Assembly (NCBI GenBank): GCA_025965085.1
Contig: JAOPXP010000093.1
Span: 414-64,413, forward strand
DNA from: Marmoricola sp.
GTDB taxonomy: Bacteria; Actinomycetota; Actinomycetes; Propionibacteriales; Nocardioidaceae
Length of the DNA stretch: 64,000 nt
Direction of reading: 5' to 3'
The notes below the pieces were generated by a model that saw only the letters and a program-made list of their open reading frames with translations, was not told where the DNA came from and made no database searches. The stretch's first letter is position 1. Each line of letters starts with the position of its first letter. The position numbers and the translations under genes were made by a program. Of this stretch, positions 47,031 to 56,898 are shown piece after piece.

Positions 47031-47258
47031 GTGGCGGAGAGGTCCCCGGTCCACCCGGAGAAGGCTCGCGAGCGCACCAGCCCGGTCACGTTCTACCGTC
47101 AGGTCGTCGCCGAGCTGCGCAAGGTGGTGTGGCCGACCCAACAGCAGCTGGTCACCTACCTGATCGTGGTGCTGGTCTTCGTGCTCGTGATGATCGCGTA
47201 CGTCTCGGTGCTGGACCTCGCGTTCGGCAAGGCCGTGTTCGCGGTCTTCGGCAAGTAG
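47031..47258 (+). CDS. secE: Preprotein translocase subunit SecE
   Basis: 'FYRQVVAELRKVVWPT' plus one TM helix. Confidence 0.95.
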   Translation: MAERSPVHPEKARERTSPVTFYRQVVAELRKVVWPTQQQLVTYLIVVLVFVLVMIAYVSVLDLAFGKAVFAVFGK

Positions 47259-47342
47259 CCGCGAGCAGGTCAAGTAGCCCCAGGAGCGCCCGACCACGGG
47301 TGCCAGGGTGTTTCCAGAGTTTGACGAGATGACGGAGTAATC

Positions 47343-48209
47343 GTGTCTGAGCAGTACGACGACAAGCCGGCCCCCGGGACCGACGAGACCGACGAGGTCC
47401 TCACCGACCCCGAGACCGGCGAGACCGTGGCGCTGCAGCAGTCGGTGGAGCTCACCGACGAGCAGCCGGCCGACGATGCGACCGCCGATGACGAGGGCGT
47501 CGACCAAGACGCCGGCGACGCTGCTCCGGAGGGTGACGCCGACGCCGAGCTTCCCCACATCGACGCGCCCGCCGCAGACCCCCTCGAGGAGTTCCGGGCC
47601 GCCCTGCGGGAGAAGGAGGGCGACTGGTTCGTCGTGCACACCTACTCCGGCATGGAGAACCGGGTCAAGGCCAACCTCGAGAACCGCATCACCTCGCTCA
47701 ACATGGAGGGCTACATCCACGAGGTGATCGTGCCGACCGAGGAGGTCGCGGAGATCAAGAACGGCCAGCGCAAGCTGGTCAAGCGCACCGTCCTCCCGGG
47801 CTACGTCCTCGTCCGCATGGACCTGACCGACGAGTCCTGGTCCGCCGTACGCCACACGCCCTCGGTGACCGGCTTCGTCGGACACAGCCACCAGCCCGTG
47901 CCCCTGAGCCTCGACGAGGTCGAGAACATGCTCGCCCCCGCCGTGCAGGCAGAGGCCGACGCCGAGGCCGCTGCCGCAGCCGCCGAGGCCGGCACCCCCG
48001 CTCCCGCCAAGACGGCCAGTCGCTCGCAGGTCGCCGTCGCCGACTTCGACGTGTCCGACTCGGTCATGGTGGTCGACGGGCCGTTCGCCACGCTCCACGC
48101 CACGATCACCGAGATCAACGCGGAGAGCCAGAGGGTCAAGGCCCTCGTCGAGATCTTCGGCCGGGAGACCCCGGTCGAGCTGAGCTTCACCCAGATCCAG
48201 AAGGTCTGA
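47343..48209 (+). CDS. nusG: Transcription termination/antitermination factor NusG
   Basis: '[15 protein letters not shown]', 'LPGYVLV', KOW 'VVDGPFA', '[10 protein letters not shown]'; acidic N-terminal extension. Confidence 0.97.
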   Translation: MSEQYDDKPAPGTDETDEVLTDPETGETVALQQSVELTDEQPADDATADDEGVDQDAGDAAPEGDADAELPHIDAPAADPLEEFRAALREKEGDWFVVHTYSGMENRVKANLENRITSLNMEGYIHEVIVPTEEVAEIKNGQRKLVKRTVLPGYVLVRMDLTDESWSAVRHTPSVTGFVGHSHQPVPLSLDEVENMLAPAVQAEADAEAAAAAAEAGTPAPAKTASRSQVAVADFDVSDSVMVVDGPFATLHATITEINAESQRVKALVEIFGRETPVELSFTQIQKV

Positions 48210-48228
48210 GCTCAGGAGCAACAACCAG

Positions 48229-48274
48229 GTGGCAGAGCGCGACCGACGCAGTCGGACGAGTTCGTCGAGACCAC
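48229..48274 (+). ncRNA. L1-binding-like leader motif upstream of rplK
   Basis: GTGGCA-GAGC[...]GTTC-GTCG-AGACCAC; GUGG/CCAC helix plus internal loop resembling the 23S L1 site. Confidence 0.55.
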
Positions 48275-48305
48275 GAAACGCACAACACGAAGGATCCGAA
48301 GAGAA

Positions 48306-48734
48306 ATGCCTCCCAAGAAGAAGATCGCTGCCCTGGTCAAGGTGCAGCTCAAGGCCGGTGCGGCCACCCCCGCGCCGCCCGTCGGTACCGCCCTCGGCCC
48401 GCACGGCGTCAACATCATGGACTTCTGCAAGGCGTACAACGCCCAGACCGAAGCCATGCGCGGCAGCGTCGTGCCCGTCGAGATCACGATCTACGAGGAC
48501 CGGTCGTTCACCTTCATCACGAAGACGCCTCCGGCCGCCGAGCTGATCAAGCAGGCCGCCGGCGTGCAGAAGGGCTCCGGCGTCCCGCAGAAGGACAAGG
48601 TCGGCAAGCTGAGCAAGGACCAGATCCGCGAGATCGCCACGACCAAGCTCCCCGACCTCAACGCCAACGACATCGACGCAGCGATGAAGATCGTCGAGGG
48701 CACCGCCCGCTCGATGGGCATCACGACCGACTGA
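48306..48734 (+). CDS. rplK: 50S ribosomal protein L11
   Basis: '[10 protein letters not shown]', '[11 protein letters not shown]', 'GTARSMGI'. Confidence 0.98.
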   Translation: MPPKKKIAALVKVQLKAGAATPAPPVGTALGPHGVNIMDFCKAYNAQTEAMRGSVVPVEITIYEDRSFTFITKTPPAAELIKQAAGVQKGSGVPQKDKVGKLSKDQIREIATTKLPDLNANDIDAAMKIVEGTARSMGITTD

Positions 48735-48790
48735 CAACCCTGGTGGTCGAGCCGGCCGGGCCCTCGGGTCCGGCGGGTCGCAACCACCAC

Positions 48791-48822
48791 GTGGCAGAGC
48801 CGCGCTGGCTCATCCAGACCAC
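48791..48822 (+). ncRNA. L1-binding leader motif upstream of rplA
   Basis: GTGGCA-GAGCC-GCGCT-GGCTC-ATCC-AGACCAC. Confidence 0.65.
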
Positions 48823-48850
48823 AACCTTTCGAAGAAACAGAGGAAAGAAC

Positions 48851-49564
48851 ATGCAGCGCAGCAAGACCTACCGCGCCGTCGCGGAGACCTTCGACCAGGA
48901 CGAGCTCCACGCACCGCTCGCGGCCATCAAGATCGCCCGGGGCGGCGCGAAGAAGAAGTTCGACGAGACCGTCGACGTGGCCATGCGCCTGGGGGTCGAC
49001 CCCCGCAAGGCTGACCAGATGGTCCGTGGCACCGTCAACCTTCCCCACGGCACCGGCAAGACCGCGAGGGTCCTGGTGTTCGCCAACGCCGAGAAGGCCG
49101 ACGCCGCCCGCGAGGCCGGCGCCGACATCGTGGGTGGCGACGAGCTCATCGAGAAGGTCAACGGCGGTTGGCTCGACTTCGACGCCGTCGTTGCGACGCC
49201 CGACATGATGGGCAAGGTCGGCCGTCTCGGCCGCGTCCTGGGCCCGCGTGGCCTGATGCCCAACCCGAAGACGGGCACCGTGACGCCGGACGTCGCCAAG
49301 GCCGTCTCCGACATCAAGGGCGGCAAGATCGAGTTCCGCGTGGACCGTCACGCCAACCTGCACTTCATCATCGGCAAGGCGTCCTTCTCCGAGGTCCAGC
49401 TCGCGGAGAACTACGCCGCTGCCCTCGAGGAGGTGCTCCGGCTCAAGCCGGCCAGCTCCAAGGGCCGCTATCTCCGCAAGATCACCGTGTCGACGACCAT
49501 GGGCCCCGGTGTCCAGGTCGACCCCAACCGCACCCGGAACGTGGCGGGCCAGGACGACGCCTGA
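48851..49564 (+). CDS. rplA: 50S ribosomal protein L1
   Basis: 'KFDETVD', '[11 protein letters not shown]', '[15 protein letters not shown]'. Confidence 0.98.
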   Translation: MQRSKTYRAVAETFDQDELHAPLAAIKIARGGAKKKFDETVDVAMRLGVDPRKADQMVRGTVNLPHGTGKTARVLVFANAEKADAAREAGADIVGGDELIEKVNGGWLDFDAVVATPDMMGKVGRLGRVLGPRGLMPNPKTGTVTPDVAKAVSDIKGGKIEFRVDRHANLHFIIGKASFSEVQLAENYAAALEEVLRLKPASSKGRYLRKITVSTTMGPGVQVDPNRTRNVAGQDDA

Positions 49565-49584
49565 TCATCCGGTCGCACGCTCGA

Positions 49585-49618
49585 CGAGGGCCCGGTACCG
49601 CGAGGTGCCGGGCCCTCG
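49585..49618 (+). terminator. Terminator hairpin after rplA
   Basis: CGAGGGCCCGGTACC-GCGA-GGTGCCGGGCCCTCG. Confidence 0.75.
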
Positions 49619-49712
49619 CCCGTCTCCGGGGCGCCCCTGTGGGCGGTGAGGTCACCTCCCCTACGGTGAGGACCCCCGCACCACCACCGACTGACAGGGA
49701 GAACCAGGACTG

Positions 49713-50213
49713 ATGAGGTCGGCGGCCTTGATCACGACACTCGCCGTTGCCGTGGCGCTTTCGGGTTGTGGAGGCTTCTCCACGTACTCCAGGAGCAAGG
49801 CGTGCGGCGTGCCGACGGGTGACGTCAGTGCGGTCGTGGGCACCGACCGCTTCCACACGGCTACCCGGGGCGAGACCATTCCGCCCATCACGGGCACCTC
49901 CTTCACCTGCTCGGTCAACCTGCTCGACCGAGACGGCGTCCTCACCGTGACGGCCGAGCGACTCGCCGGCGAGGGGCTGGCCCGGTACCGGGAGCAGATC
50001 GTCGATGCGGACGAGCGGTTCACCGTGGCCGGCGGACCAGCCGGGATCGAGGTCACCGACAACGGGTTCACCGGCAGGTGGATGTGTGAGCAGCAGGGCC
50101 GCGCCGGCGCCATGCGGATCCACGTCAGGGCCGACACGAAGGCGAGCGCGGCCGAGCGGCGGGCGCTGGTCACCGCGGTGGCCGAGCGAGCGGGCGCGGC
50201 CTGCGCCGCGTGA
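49713..50213 (+). CDS. Hypothetical lipoprotein
   Basis: Signal peptide with lipobox 'LSGC'; several Cys; no recognisable family. Confidence 0.7.
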   Translation: MRSAALITTLAVAVALSGCGGFSTYSRSKACGVPTGDVSAVVGTDRFHTATRGETIPPITGTSFTCSVNLLDRDGVLTVTAERLAGEGLARYREQIVDADERFTVAGGPAGIEVTDNGFTGRWMCEQQGRAGAMRIHVRADTKASAAERRALVTAVAERAGAACAA

Positions 50214-50286
50214 CAGCGACCCGGTGCTCCGGCGGCCGGGCTGCTTCGATTTGGTGGTCGGCCCTCCGAACCCGTATCGTGACGGG

Positions 50287-50437
50287 CTGAAGCCGAAGAC
50301 CGCCGGTTGATCATCCAGCTCTCGCGAGCAGGCTCGATCCGAAGGTTCGCAGACGCGGACGACCTGCCCAGGTGACACCGAGTGAGACGACCCAGGTCGT
50401 CAGCCGCCCTGTGCACCTGCACAGGGCGTTTTTGTTT
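50287..50437 (+). ncRNA. L10 leader (rplJL autoregulatory RNA) with terminator-like hairpin
   Basis: 'CCGAAGACCGCCGG' core; CGCCCTGTGCA-CC-TGCACAGGGCG-TTTTTGTTT; TATCGT -10 at 50275-50280; boundaries approximate. Confidence 0.8.
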
Positions 50438-50518
50438 GTCACGGTCCCGACTTCGCTGGCGTCCCGCAACCCCGCGTGATGTCAGCGCACGATTCGTGCA
50501 CAAGCTGGAAGGAGACCC

Positions 50519-51181
50519 ATGGCGCGGCCAGACAAGGCAGCAGCCGTCGCGGAGATCGTCGACTCGTTCAACGACTCCTCGGGCGCTGTGCTGACCGAGT
50601 ACCGCGGTCTCACCGTGAAGCAGCTGCAGGAACTGCGGCGAATCCTCGGCGAGAACGCCAACTACGCCGTGGTCAAGAACACGCTGACCAAGATCGCTGC
50701 CAAGCAGGCGGGTGTCGACGGTGTCGACGACCTCCTCAACGGCCCGACCGCCATCGCCTTCATCAACGGCGACCTGGTCGAAGCGGCCAAGGGTCTGCGT
50801 GACTTTGCCAAGGCCAACCCCGCCCTTGTCGTCAAGGGCGGTTACGTCGACGGTGCCCCGATGGGAGCTGCAGAGATCGCCAAGCTGGCCGATCTGGAGT
50901 CCCGCGAGGTCCTCCTGGGCAAGCTGGCGGGCGCCATGCTCGCGTCGCTCAGCCAGGCCGTCTACCTGCTCAACGCCCCACTGGCCCAGGCCGCCCGAGT
51001 CGTCGGCGCCCTGGAAGCCAAGGCTGAGCAGGACCCTTCGATCCTTATGCGTGGTGCCGCAGAGCCGGCAGCCGTCGAGGACTCCGCAGCGACCGAGGCC
51101 CCGGCCGAGGAAGCTGCTCCCGAGGACGCACCTGCGGCCGAGGACACCACCACCGAGGCCCCCGAGAGCACCGAGGCCTGA
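50519..51181 (+). CDS. rplJ: 50S ribosomal protein L10 (acidic C-terminal extension)
   Basis: 'LTEYRGLTV', 'VVKNTL', 'GPTAIAF', 'LADLESRE'. Confidence 0.97.
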   Translation: MARPDKAAAVAEIVDSFNDSSGAVLTEYRGLTVKQLQELRRILGENANYAVVKNTLTKIAAKQAGVDGVDDLLNGPTAIAFINGDLVEAAKGLRDFAKANPALVVKGGYVDGAPMGAAEIAKLADLESREVLLGKLAGAMLASLSQAVYLLNAPLAQAARVVGALEAKAEQDPSILMRGAAEPAAVEDSAATEAPAEEAAPEDAPAAEDTTTEAPESTEA

Positions 51182-51232
51182 CACCCCGCTCGTGGCACGC
51201 AGTGCCGCGGCACCACTGAAAGGAACGCCACC

Positions 51233-51619
51233 ATGGCGAAGCTCAGCACCGACGAGCTGCTCGACGCTTTCAAGGAGATGACCCTCCTGGAGCTCAGCGA
51301 GTTCGTGAAGCAGTTCGAGGACACCTTCGGCGTGACCGCAGCCGCTCCGGTTGCCGTTGCTGCCGCCCCCGCGGCCGGCGGCGGCGCCGCCGAGGAAGTT
51401 GCCGAGCAGGACGAGTTCGACGTCATCCTCGAGGCAGCCGGCGACAAGAAGATCAACGTCATCAAGGAGGTGCGTGCCCTCACGAGCCTCGGCCTGAAGG
51501 AGGCCAAGGACCTCGTCGAGGCGGCGCCCAAGGCTGTCCTCGAGAAGGTCAACAAGGAGGCCGCGGAGAAGGCCAAGGAGTCCCTCGAGGGCGCCGGCGC
51601 CTCCGTCTCCCTGAAGTGA
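51233..51619 (+). CDS. rplL: 50S ribosomal protein L7/L12
   Basis: 'EQDEFDVIL', '[24 protein letters not shown]'. Confidence 0.98.
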   Translation: MAKLSTDELLDAFKEMTLLELSEFVKQFEDTFGVTAAAPVAVAAAPAAGGGAAEEVAEQDEFDVILEAAGDKKINVIKEVRALTSLGLKEAKDLVEAAPKAVLEKVNKEAAEKAKESLEGAGASVSLK

Positions 51620-51680
51620 CGTCGACCGTCACCAGCACCTGCTGAACCCGCCCCCACCCCTCTCGACGGGGTGGTGCGGA

Positions 51681-51726
51681 GCAACGGCCGTCTCGGACCC
51701 CTCGCGGGTCCGGGGCGGCCGTTTGC
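51681..51726 (+). terminator. Terminator hairpin after rplL
   Basis: AACGGCCGTCTCGGACCC-CTCGC-GGGTCCGGGGCGGCCGTTT. Confidence 0.75.
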
Positions 51727-51786
51727 ACGTTCAGCCGGGGTGTGTATGCCTGTCCACTCAGGCGCGTGGAACGAGTGGGGCGAATT

Positions 51787-51838
51787 CGTGAGACTCCTCA
51801 CGAACCGGGTGACGGACGCCACGAAATATGCGTAACTT
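51787..51838 (+). promoter_or_regulatory. CRP/GlxR-like box and candidate promoter of the mce operon
   Basis: CGTGA-GACTCC-TCACG (51787-51802); TAACTT -10 at 51833-51838. Confidence 0.45.
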
Positions 51839-51942
51839 AGCCGCGGACTACTCGTTGGTAGGCGATAGGTGGGGGAAGCCTGTGTGCGCCGCTGTCCAGC
51901 CAGCCCCGGTCGACGTGGTCAGCAAGCGAAAGGGAGGCCCTG

Positions 51943-52896
51943 ATGGGTGTAGAGATCGAGATCAAGGACTTGACCAAGAGCTTTGGCAAGCAGCTGATCT
52001 GGGGCGACGTCACCCTGACCATCCCCGCCGGCGAGATCTGCGTGATGCTCGGCCCTTCCGGCACCGGCAAGTCCGTGCTCCTGAAGACCATCATCGGTCT
52101 CCTCAAGCCCGACCGCGGCAGCGTCGTCATCCAGGGCACCGATATCGCGTCGTGCCCCGAGAAGGAGCTCTACGAGATCCGCAAGCTGTTCGGGGTGCTG
52201 TTCCAGGACGGCGCCATGTTCGGCTCGATGAACCTCTACGACAACATCGCCTTCCCGCTGCGCGAGCACACCAACAAGACCGAGTCGCAGGTGCGCGAGG
52301 TCGTGATGGAGAAGCTCGACCTGGTGGGCCTGCTCGGCACCGAGGACAAGCTCCCCGGTGAGATCTCCGGCGGAATGCGCAAGCGCGCCGGCCTGGCACG
52401 CGCCCTCGTCCTCGACCCCGAGATCGTGCTCTTCGACGAGCCCGACTCCGGTCTCGACCCGGTGCGCACCTCGTTCCTCAACCAGCTGATCGTCGACCTC
52501 AACGCCCAGATCGACGCCACGTTCCTGATCGTGACCCACGACATCAACACCGCGCGGATGGTTCCCGACAACATCGGCCTGCTCTACCACAAGCACCTCG
52601 CCATGTTCGGGCCTCGCGAGATGCTGCTCTCCTCCGAGGAGCCCGTGGTCCGGCAGTTCCTCAACGCCCAGGTCGTCGGCCCCATCGGCATGTCCGAGGA
52701 GAAGGACGCCGACGAGCTCGAGGCCGAGAAGGACATGGAGCTGCCCCCGCTGCCGCCCATCCCGCTCCAGCTCGAGCCCTCGAACGGGCAGCCCCGCCGC
52801 AGCCAGCGGGCGCCCGGCGCGTGGTGCAAGGAGCACGGGATCGAGCCGCCCCCGGGCTCCTTCCAGGAAAACATGTCCATGACGACCGGAGGTTGA
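51943..52896 (+). CDS. mceG: Mce transporter ATPase (MceG/Mkl, MlaF-like)
   Basis: 'GPSGTGKS', 'FQDGAMFGSM', 'ISGGMRKRAGLARAL', 'FDEPDSGLDP'. Confidence 0.9.
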   Translation: MGVEIEIKDLTKSFGKQLIWGDVTLTIPAGEICVMLGPSGTGKSVLLKTIIGLLKPDRGSVVIQGTDIASCPEKELYEIRKLFGVLFQDGAMFGSMNLYDNIAFPLREHTNKTESQVREVVMEKLDLVGLLGTEDKLPGEISGGMRKRAGLARALVLDPEIVLFDEPDSGLDPVRTSFLNQLIVDLNAQIDATFLIVTHDINTARMVPDNIGLLYHKHLAMFGPREMLLSSEEPVVRQFLNAQVVGPIGMSEEKDADELEAEKDMELPPLPPIPLQLEPSNGQPRRSQRAPGAWCKEHGIEPPPGSFQENMSMTTGG

Positions 52897-52903
52897 TCAG
52901 CTG

Positions 52904-53689
52904 ATGGCTTCCGCCGTCGCCAGCCGGGTCCTCCAGCCGATCGGGACCGCCGGCAAGCTCTTCGCGTTCGGCCTGGACGTGGCACGCAACCTGTTCAAGC
53001 GGCCGTTCCAGGCTCGCGAGTTCATCCAGCAGGCCTGGTTCATCGCCTCGGTGACGATCATCCCCACTGCCCTGGTCGCCATCCCCTTCGGTGCCGTCAT
53101 CGCGCTTCAGGTCGGCAGCCTCATCAAGCAGTTCGGCGCGCAGTCGTTCACCGGATCAGCGTCGGTCCTCGCCGTCGTCCAGCAGGCGGCTCCGATCGCC
53201 ACCGCCCTGCTGATCGCCGGCGCGGGCGGCTCGGCCATCGCAGCGGACCTCGGGGCCCGCAAGATCCGTGAAGAGCTCGACGCGATGATGGTGCTCGGCA
53301 TCGACCCCATCCAGCGGCTCGTCGTGCCCCGTGTGCTGGCGTGCATGATGGTCGCGGTCTTCCTCAACGGCCTGGTCACCGTCGTCGGCGTGGCCGGCGG
53401 TTACGTGTTCAACGTCGTCCTGCAGGACGGCACCCCTGGCGCCTACATAGCGAGCTTCACCGCGCTCGCGCAGCTCCCCGACCTGTGGGTCGGTCTCATC
53501 AAGGCGCTGGTGTTCGGCCTGATCGCGGCCGTGGTGGCGGCCTACAAGGGAGTGAACGCCGGTGGTGGCCCCAAGGGCGTCGGTGACGCGGTCAACGAGT
53601 CCGTGGTCATCACGTTCCTGCTGTTGTTCGTCGTCAACCTGGTGATCAGTGCGATCTACCTGCAGATCATCCCTCCGAAGACAGGTTGA
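52904..53689 (+). CDS. yrbEA: Mce permease YrbE-A (MlaE family)
   Basis: 'REFIQQAWFIASV', 'ADLGARKIREELDAM', 'GGPKGVG'. Confidence 0.9.
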   Translation: MASAVASRVLQPIGTAGKLFAFGLDVARNLFKRPFQAREFIQQAWFIASVTIIPTALVAIPFGAVIALQVGSLIKQFGAQSFTGSASVLAVVQQAAPIATALLIAGAGGSAIAADLGARKIREELDAMMVLGIDPIQRLVVPRVLACMMVAVFLNGLVTVVGVAGGYVFNVVLQDGTPGAYIASFTALAQLPDLWVGLIKALVFGLIAAVVAAYKGVNAGGGPKGVGDAVNESVVITFLLLFVVNLVISAIYLQIIPPKTG

Positions 53690-53694
53690 TCGGC

Positions 53695-54522
53695 ATGGCC
53701 AACTTCAAGCAGATCTACGAGAAGCCGCTCTCCTCCCTGGACACGATGGGCGAGGAGCTGGCGTTCTACCTGCGCGCCATCCGGGTCACCCCCCGTTCGG
53801 TGACGCGCTACCCGAAGGAGATCCTGCGTCTCCTCGCCGAGGTCACGCTCGGATCGGGCGCCCTGGCCGTCATCGGTGGCACCGTCGGCGTCATCACCGC
53901 GATGACGTTCTTCACCGGCGCCCAGGTCGGCCTCTCCGGGTACGCCGCCCTGAACCAGATCGGCACGGCTGCGTTCTCCGGCTTCGTCTCGGCGTACTTC
54001 AACACCCGTGAGATCGCACCACTGGTGGCGGGCATCGCGCTGGCCGCGACCGTGGGCTGTGGCTTCACCGCACAGCTCGGTGCCATGCGCATCTCCGAAG
54101 AGGTCGACGCCCTCGAGGTGATGGCGATCCCCTCGATGCCGTTCCTGGTCACGACGCGCATCGTCGCCGGCCTGGTCGCCATCGTCCCGCTGTACGTCGT
54201 GGGCCTGCTCTCCTCCTACTTCGCCACCCGTCTGACCGTGACGCAGTTCTACGGGCAGAGCCCGGGCACCTACGACCACTACTTCAACCAGTTCCTGCCA
54301 CCGGGCGACGTGCTCTGGTCGTTCGGCAAGGTGCTCGTGTTCGCGGTGGTCGTGATCCTGATCCACTGCTACCACGGGTACACCGCCAGCGGCGGTCCCG
54401 CCGGGGTGGGTGTGGCCGTCGGCCGCGCGGTCCGCACCTCGATCGTGGCCGTCAACGTGATCGACCTGTTCCTGTCGATGGCGATCTGGGGCTCCTCCAC
54501 CACCGTGAGACTGGCGGGGTGA
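53695..54522 (+). CDS. yrbEB: Mce permease YrbE-B (MlaE family)
   Basis: 'AQLGAMRISEEVDALE', 'HCYHGY', 'GGPAGVG'; alternative TTG start at 53686. Confidence 0.9.
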   Translation: MANFKQIYEKPLSSLDTMGEELAFYLRAIRVTPRSVTRYPKEILRLLAEVTLGSGALAVIGGTVGVITAMTFFTGAQVGLSGYAALNQIGTAAFSGFVSAYFNTREIAPLVAGIALAATVGCGFTAQLGAMRISEEVDALEVMAIPSMPFLVTTRIVAGLVAIVPLYVVGLLSSYFATRLTVTQFYGQSPGTYDHYFNQFLPPGDVLWSFGKVLVFAVVVILIHCYHGYTASGGPAGVGVAVGRAVRTSIVAVNVIDLFLSMAIWGSSTTVRLAG

Positions 54523-54526
54523 GGAC

Positions 54527-55840
54527 ATGAAGAGACTCCTGGACCACCACCGCGCCCTCGGCGTGGTCTTCGTGGGACTGCTGATCCTCGGGGTGTGGCT
54601 GGTCAATGCCGTCTTCACCCAGAAGTTCACCGCGTTCGACGCCGTGACGCTGAAGACCGGCACGGCCGGCCTGAACCTGCCGGCCAAGGCGGACGTGAAG
54701 GTGCGTGGCGTGATCGTCGGGCAGGTCAACAAGGCCGAGTCCGAAGGCAACGGCGCCACCCTGACGCTCGGCATCCGGCCCGACAAGATGAAGGCCATCC
54801 CCGCCAACGTCACTGCCGCGCTGGTCCCCAAGACGCTCTTCGGTGAGAAGTACGTCGACCTGAACATCCCCTCCGACCCGTCCCCGGAGCCGCTCAAGTC
54901 GGGGGACAGGATCACCCAGACCAAGCTGCCCATCGAGGTCGAGCGGGTGCTCAACGACCTCTACCCGTTGCTGCGGACGGTGCAGCCGGCTGAGCTCAAC
55001 TACACGCTGAACGCGCTCGCCACCGCCCTGGAAGGGCGCGGCGACAAGGTGGGCGAGAGCCTCGTGACGCTGGACGGCTACCTGAAGCGGATGAACCCGC
55101 AGATCCCTGCGCTGATCGACGACATCAAGCTGCTGGCCACCGTCACCGACACCTACGCCGACGTGGTCCCGCAGCTCGCACAGACCCTGCGCAACACGGT
55201 GAAGACGGGCAACACCCTGGTGACGAAGGAGCAGAAGCTGAACGCCTTCCTCACGGACCTGGCGTCGTTCTCGGACACGACCAGGACCTTCCTGGACGAC
55301 AACGGGAACAACATCATCCGGCTGGGCCAGCTGAGCGAGCCGATCCTGGCGCTGCTGGAGCGGTACTCCGGCACCTTCCCCTGCCTGCTCGAAGGCATCG
55401 TGAAGCAGGCGCCGAGACTGGCACAGACCTTCCGCGGCTTCGTCTTCCACATCAATCTGAAGGTCCTGCCCACCCAGCCCCGCGGGTATACCGCCGCCGA
55501 CCGCCAGGTGTACGGCGCGAACAACGGCCCGAACTGCGCCGGCCTGCCGAGCCCGGCGATCCCGTACTACCCGGCGCAGGGTGACTTCCCCAACCTCAAC
55601 GACGGTGCCAACGGGATCGGCAAGGGCGACAACCAGCGCACCGCAACCGGCTTCGGCACGCGCTCCCAGCAGGGCACGGCCAAGGGCCTGACCACCGGAA
55701 CGTCGGGCACGGCTTCGCAGCGGGCGCTGATCAACTCGCTCACCGCGCCGTTCCTGGGGATTCCTGCCGACGAGATGTCCGACCTCACCTCGCTCCTGTT
55801 CGCGCCCGCCATGGCCGGCACGGAGGTGAGCGTCGGATGA
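54527..55840 (+). CDS. MCE family protein (MceA position)
   Basis: N-terminal TM; 'DVKVRGVIVG', 'PKTLFGEKYV'. Confidence 0.92.
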   Translation: MKRLLDHHRALGVVFVGLLILGVWLVNAVFTQKFTAFDAVTLKTGTAGLNLPAKADVKVRGVIVGQVNKAESEGNGATLTLGIRPDKMKAIPANVTAALVPKTLFGEKYVDLNIPSDPSPEPLKSGDRITQTKLPIEVERVLNDLYPLLRTVQPAELNYTLNALATALEGRGDKVGESLVTLDGYLKRMNPQIPALIDDIKLLATVTDTYADVVPQLAQTLRNTVKTGNTLVTKEQKLNAFLTDLASFSDTTRTFLDDNGNNIIRLGQLSEPILALLERYSGTFPCLLEGIVKQAPRLAQTFRGFVFHINLKVLPTQPRGYTAADRQVYGANNGPNCAGLPSPAIPYYPAQGDFPNLNDGANGIGKGDNQRTATGFGTRSQQGTAKGLTTGTSGTASQRALINSLTAPFLGIPADEMSDLTSLLFAPAMAGTEVSVG

Positions 55841-56898
55841 GCATCCTGGACAAGAAGACCCGGGGAGACCTGGTCAAGCTGGTCATCTTCATCGTCGTGA
55901 CCACGATGTCGACCGGCGTCCTGGTCGTGCTGATCGGCAACCTCAGCTTCATGTCGACGCGCCCCTACAAGGCGGTGTTCTCCGACGCGACGGGCGTCGT
56001 GAAGGGCGACGACATCCGGATCGCGGGGGTCAAGGTCGGCAGCGTCAAGGACGTCACGATCGTGGACCGCACGCGTGCGCTCGTCTCCTTCAGCGTTGCC
56101 GACAGCTCGATCGTCACCAAGAGCTCGACGGCGACCATCCGTTACCGCAACCTTGTCGGCCAGCGCTACATCTCCCTCACCCAGGGGGTGGGGGACCTCA
56201 CCCGGATGCCGGCGGACTCGACGATCCCCATCGACCGGACGTCGCCGGCCCTCGACCTGACCGTGCTGTTCAACGGGTTCAAGCCACTGTTCGCCGCCCT
56301 GTCGCCCGCGGACATCAACAAGCTCTCCGCCGAGGTGGTCTCCGTGTTCCAGGGCGAGGGCGGCAACTTCAACGCCCTCCTCCAGAGCACGGCGTCGGTC
56401 ACCAACACGCTGGCCGACCGTGACCAGGTCATCGGTGACTTGATCGACAACCTCAACGACGTACTGGCCACCTTGGCCGGCCGCGACAAGGAGCTGAACT
56501 CGCTGATCGTGGAGTTCAAGACATTCATGGCCGGACTGGTCAAGGACAAGGACGCCATCCTGGGCTCCCTGGAGAGCATCTCCACGCTGGCCAACGAGAC
56601 CTCCGACCTCACCGTCGGAATCCGCCCGTCGCTGGTCAAGGACGTGAAGGGCCTGCGCCAGGTGGCAGGCAACCTCAACGCGGGCAGGTCAGAGCTCGAC
56701 CGGGCCATGCAGGTCTTGCCCATCAAGCTCGAGAAGATCGGACGTACGGCGATCTACGGCTCCTTCTTCAACTTCTACCTGTGCCGGTTCCAGGGCAACG
56801 TGATCCTCCCCGGCAACGGCCCGGTCAAGAGCCGCAGCATCCCGATCAAGTACCCCGACGGCGGCCTGCAGGTCTCGGAGAGGTGCAACCTCGGATGA
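55837..56898 (+). CDS. MCE family protein (MceB position)
   Basis: 'GDDIRIAGVKVG', 'RYRNLVGQRY', 'GSFFNFYLC'. Confidence 0.92.
   Translation: MSILDKKTRGDLVKLVIFIVVTTMSTGVLVVLIGNLSFMSTRPYKAVFSDATGVVKGDDIRIAGVKVGSVKDVTIVDRTRALVSFSVADSSIVTKSSTATIRYRNLVGQRYISLTQGVGDLTRMPADSTIPIDRTSPALDLTVLFNGFKPLFAALSPADINKLSAEVVSVFQGEGGNFNALLQSTASVTNTLADRDQVIGDLIDNLNDVLATLAGRDKELNSLIVEFKTFMAGLVKDKDAILGSLESISTLANETSDLTVGIRPSLVKDVKGLRQVAGNLNAGRSELDRAMQVLPIKLEKIGRTAIYGSFFNFYLCRFQGNVILPGNGPVKSRSIPIKYPDGGLQVSERCNLG

Noticed and set aside
47343-51181. Acidic extensions on NusG (N-terminal) and L10 (C-terminal) as novel domains
   Set aside because: Low-complexity tails common in actinobacteria
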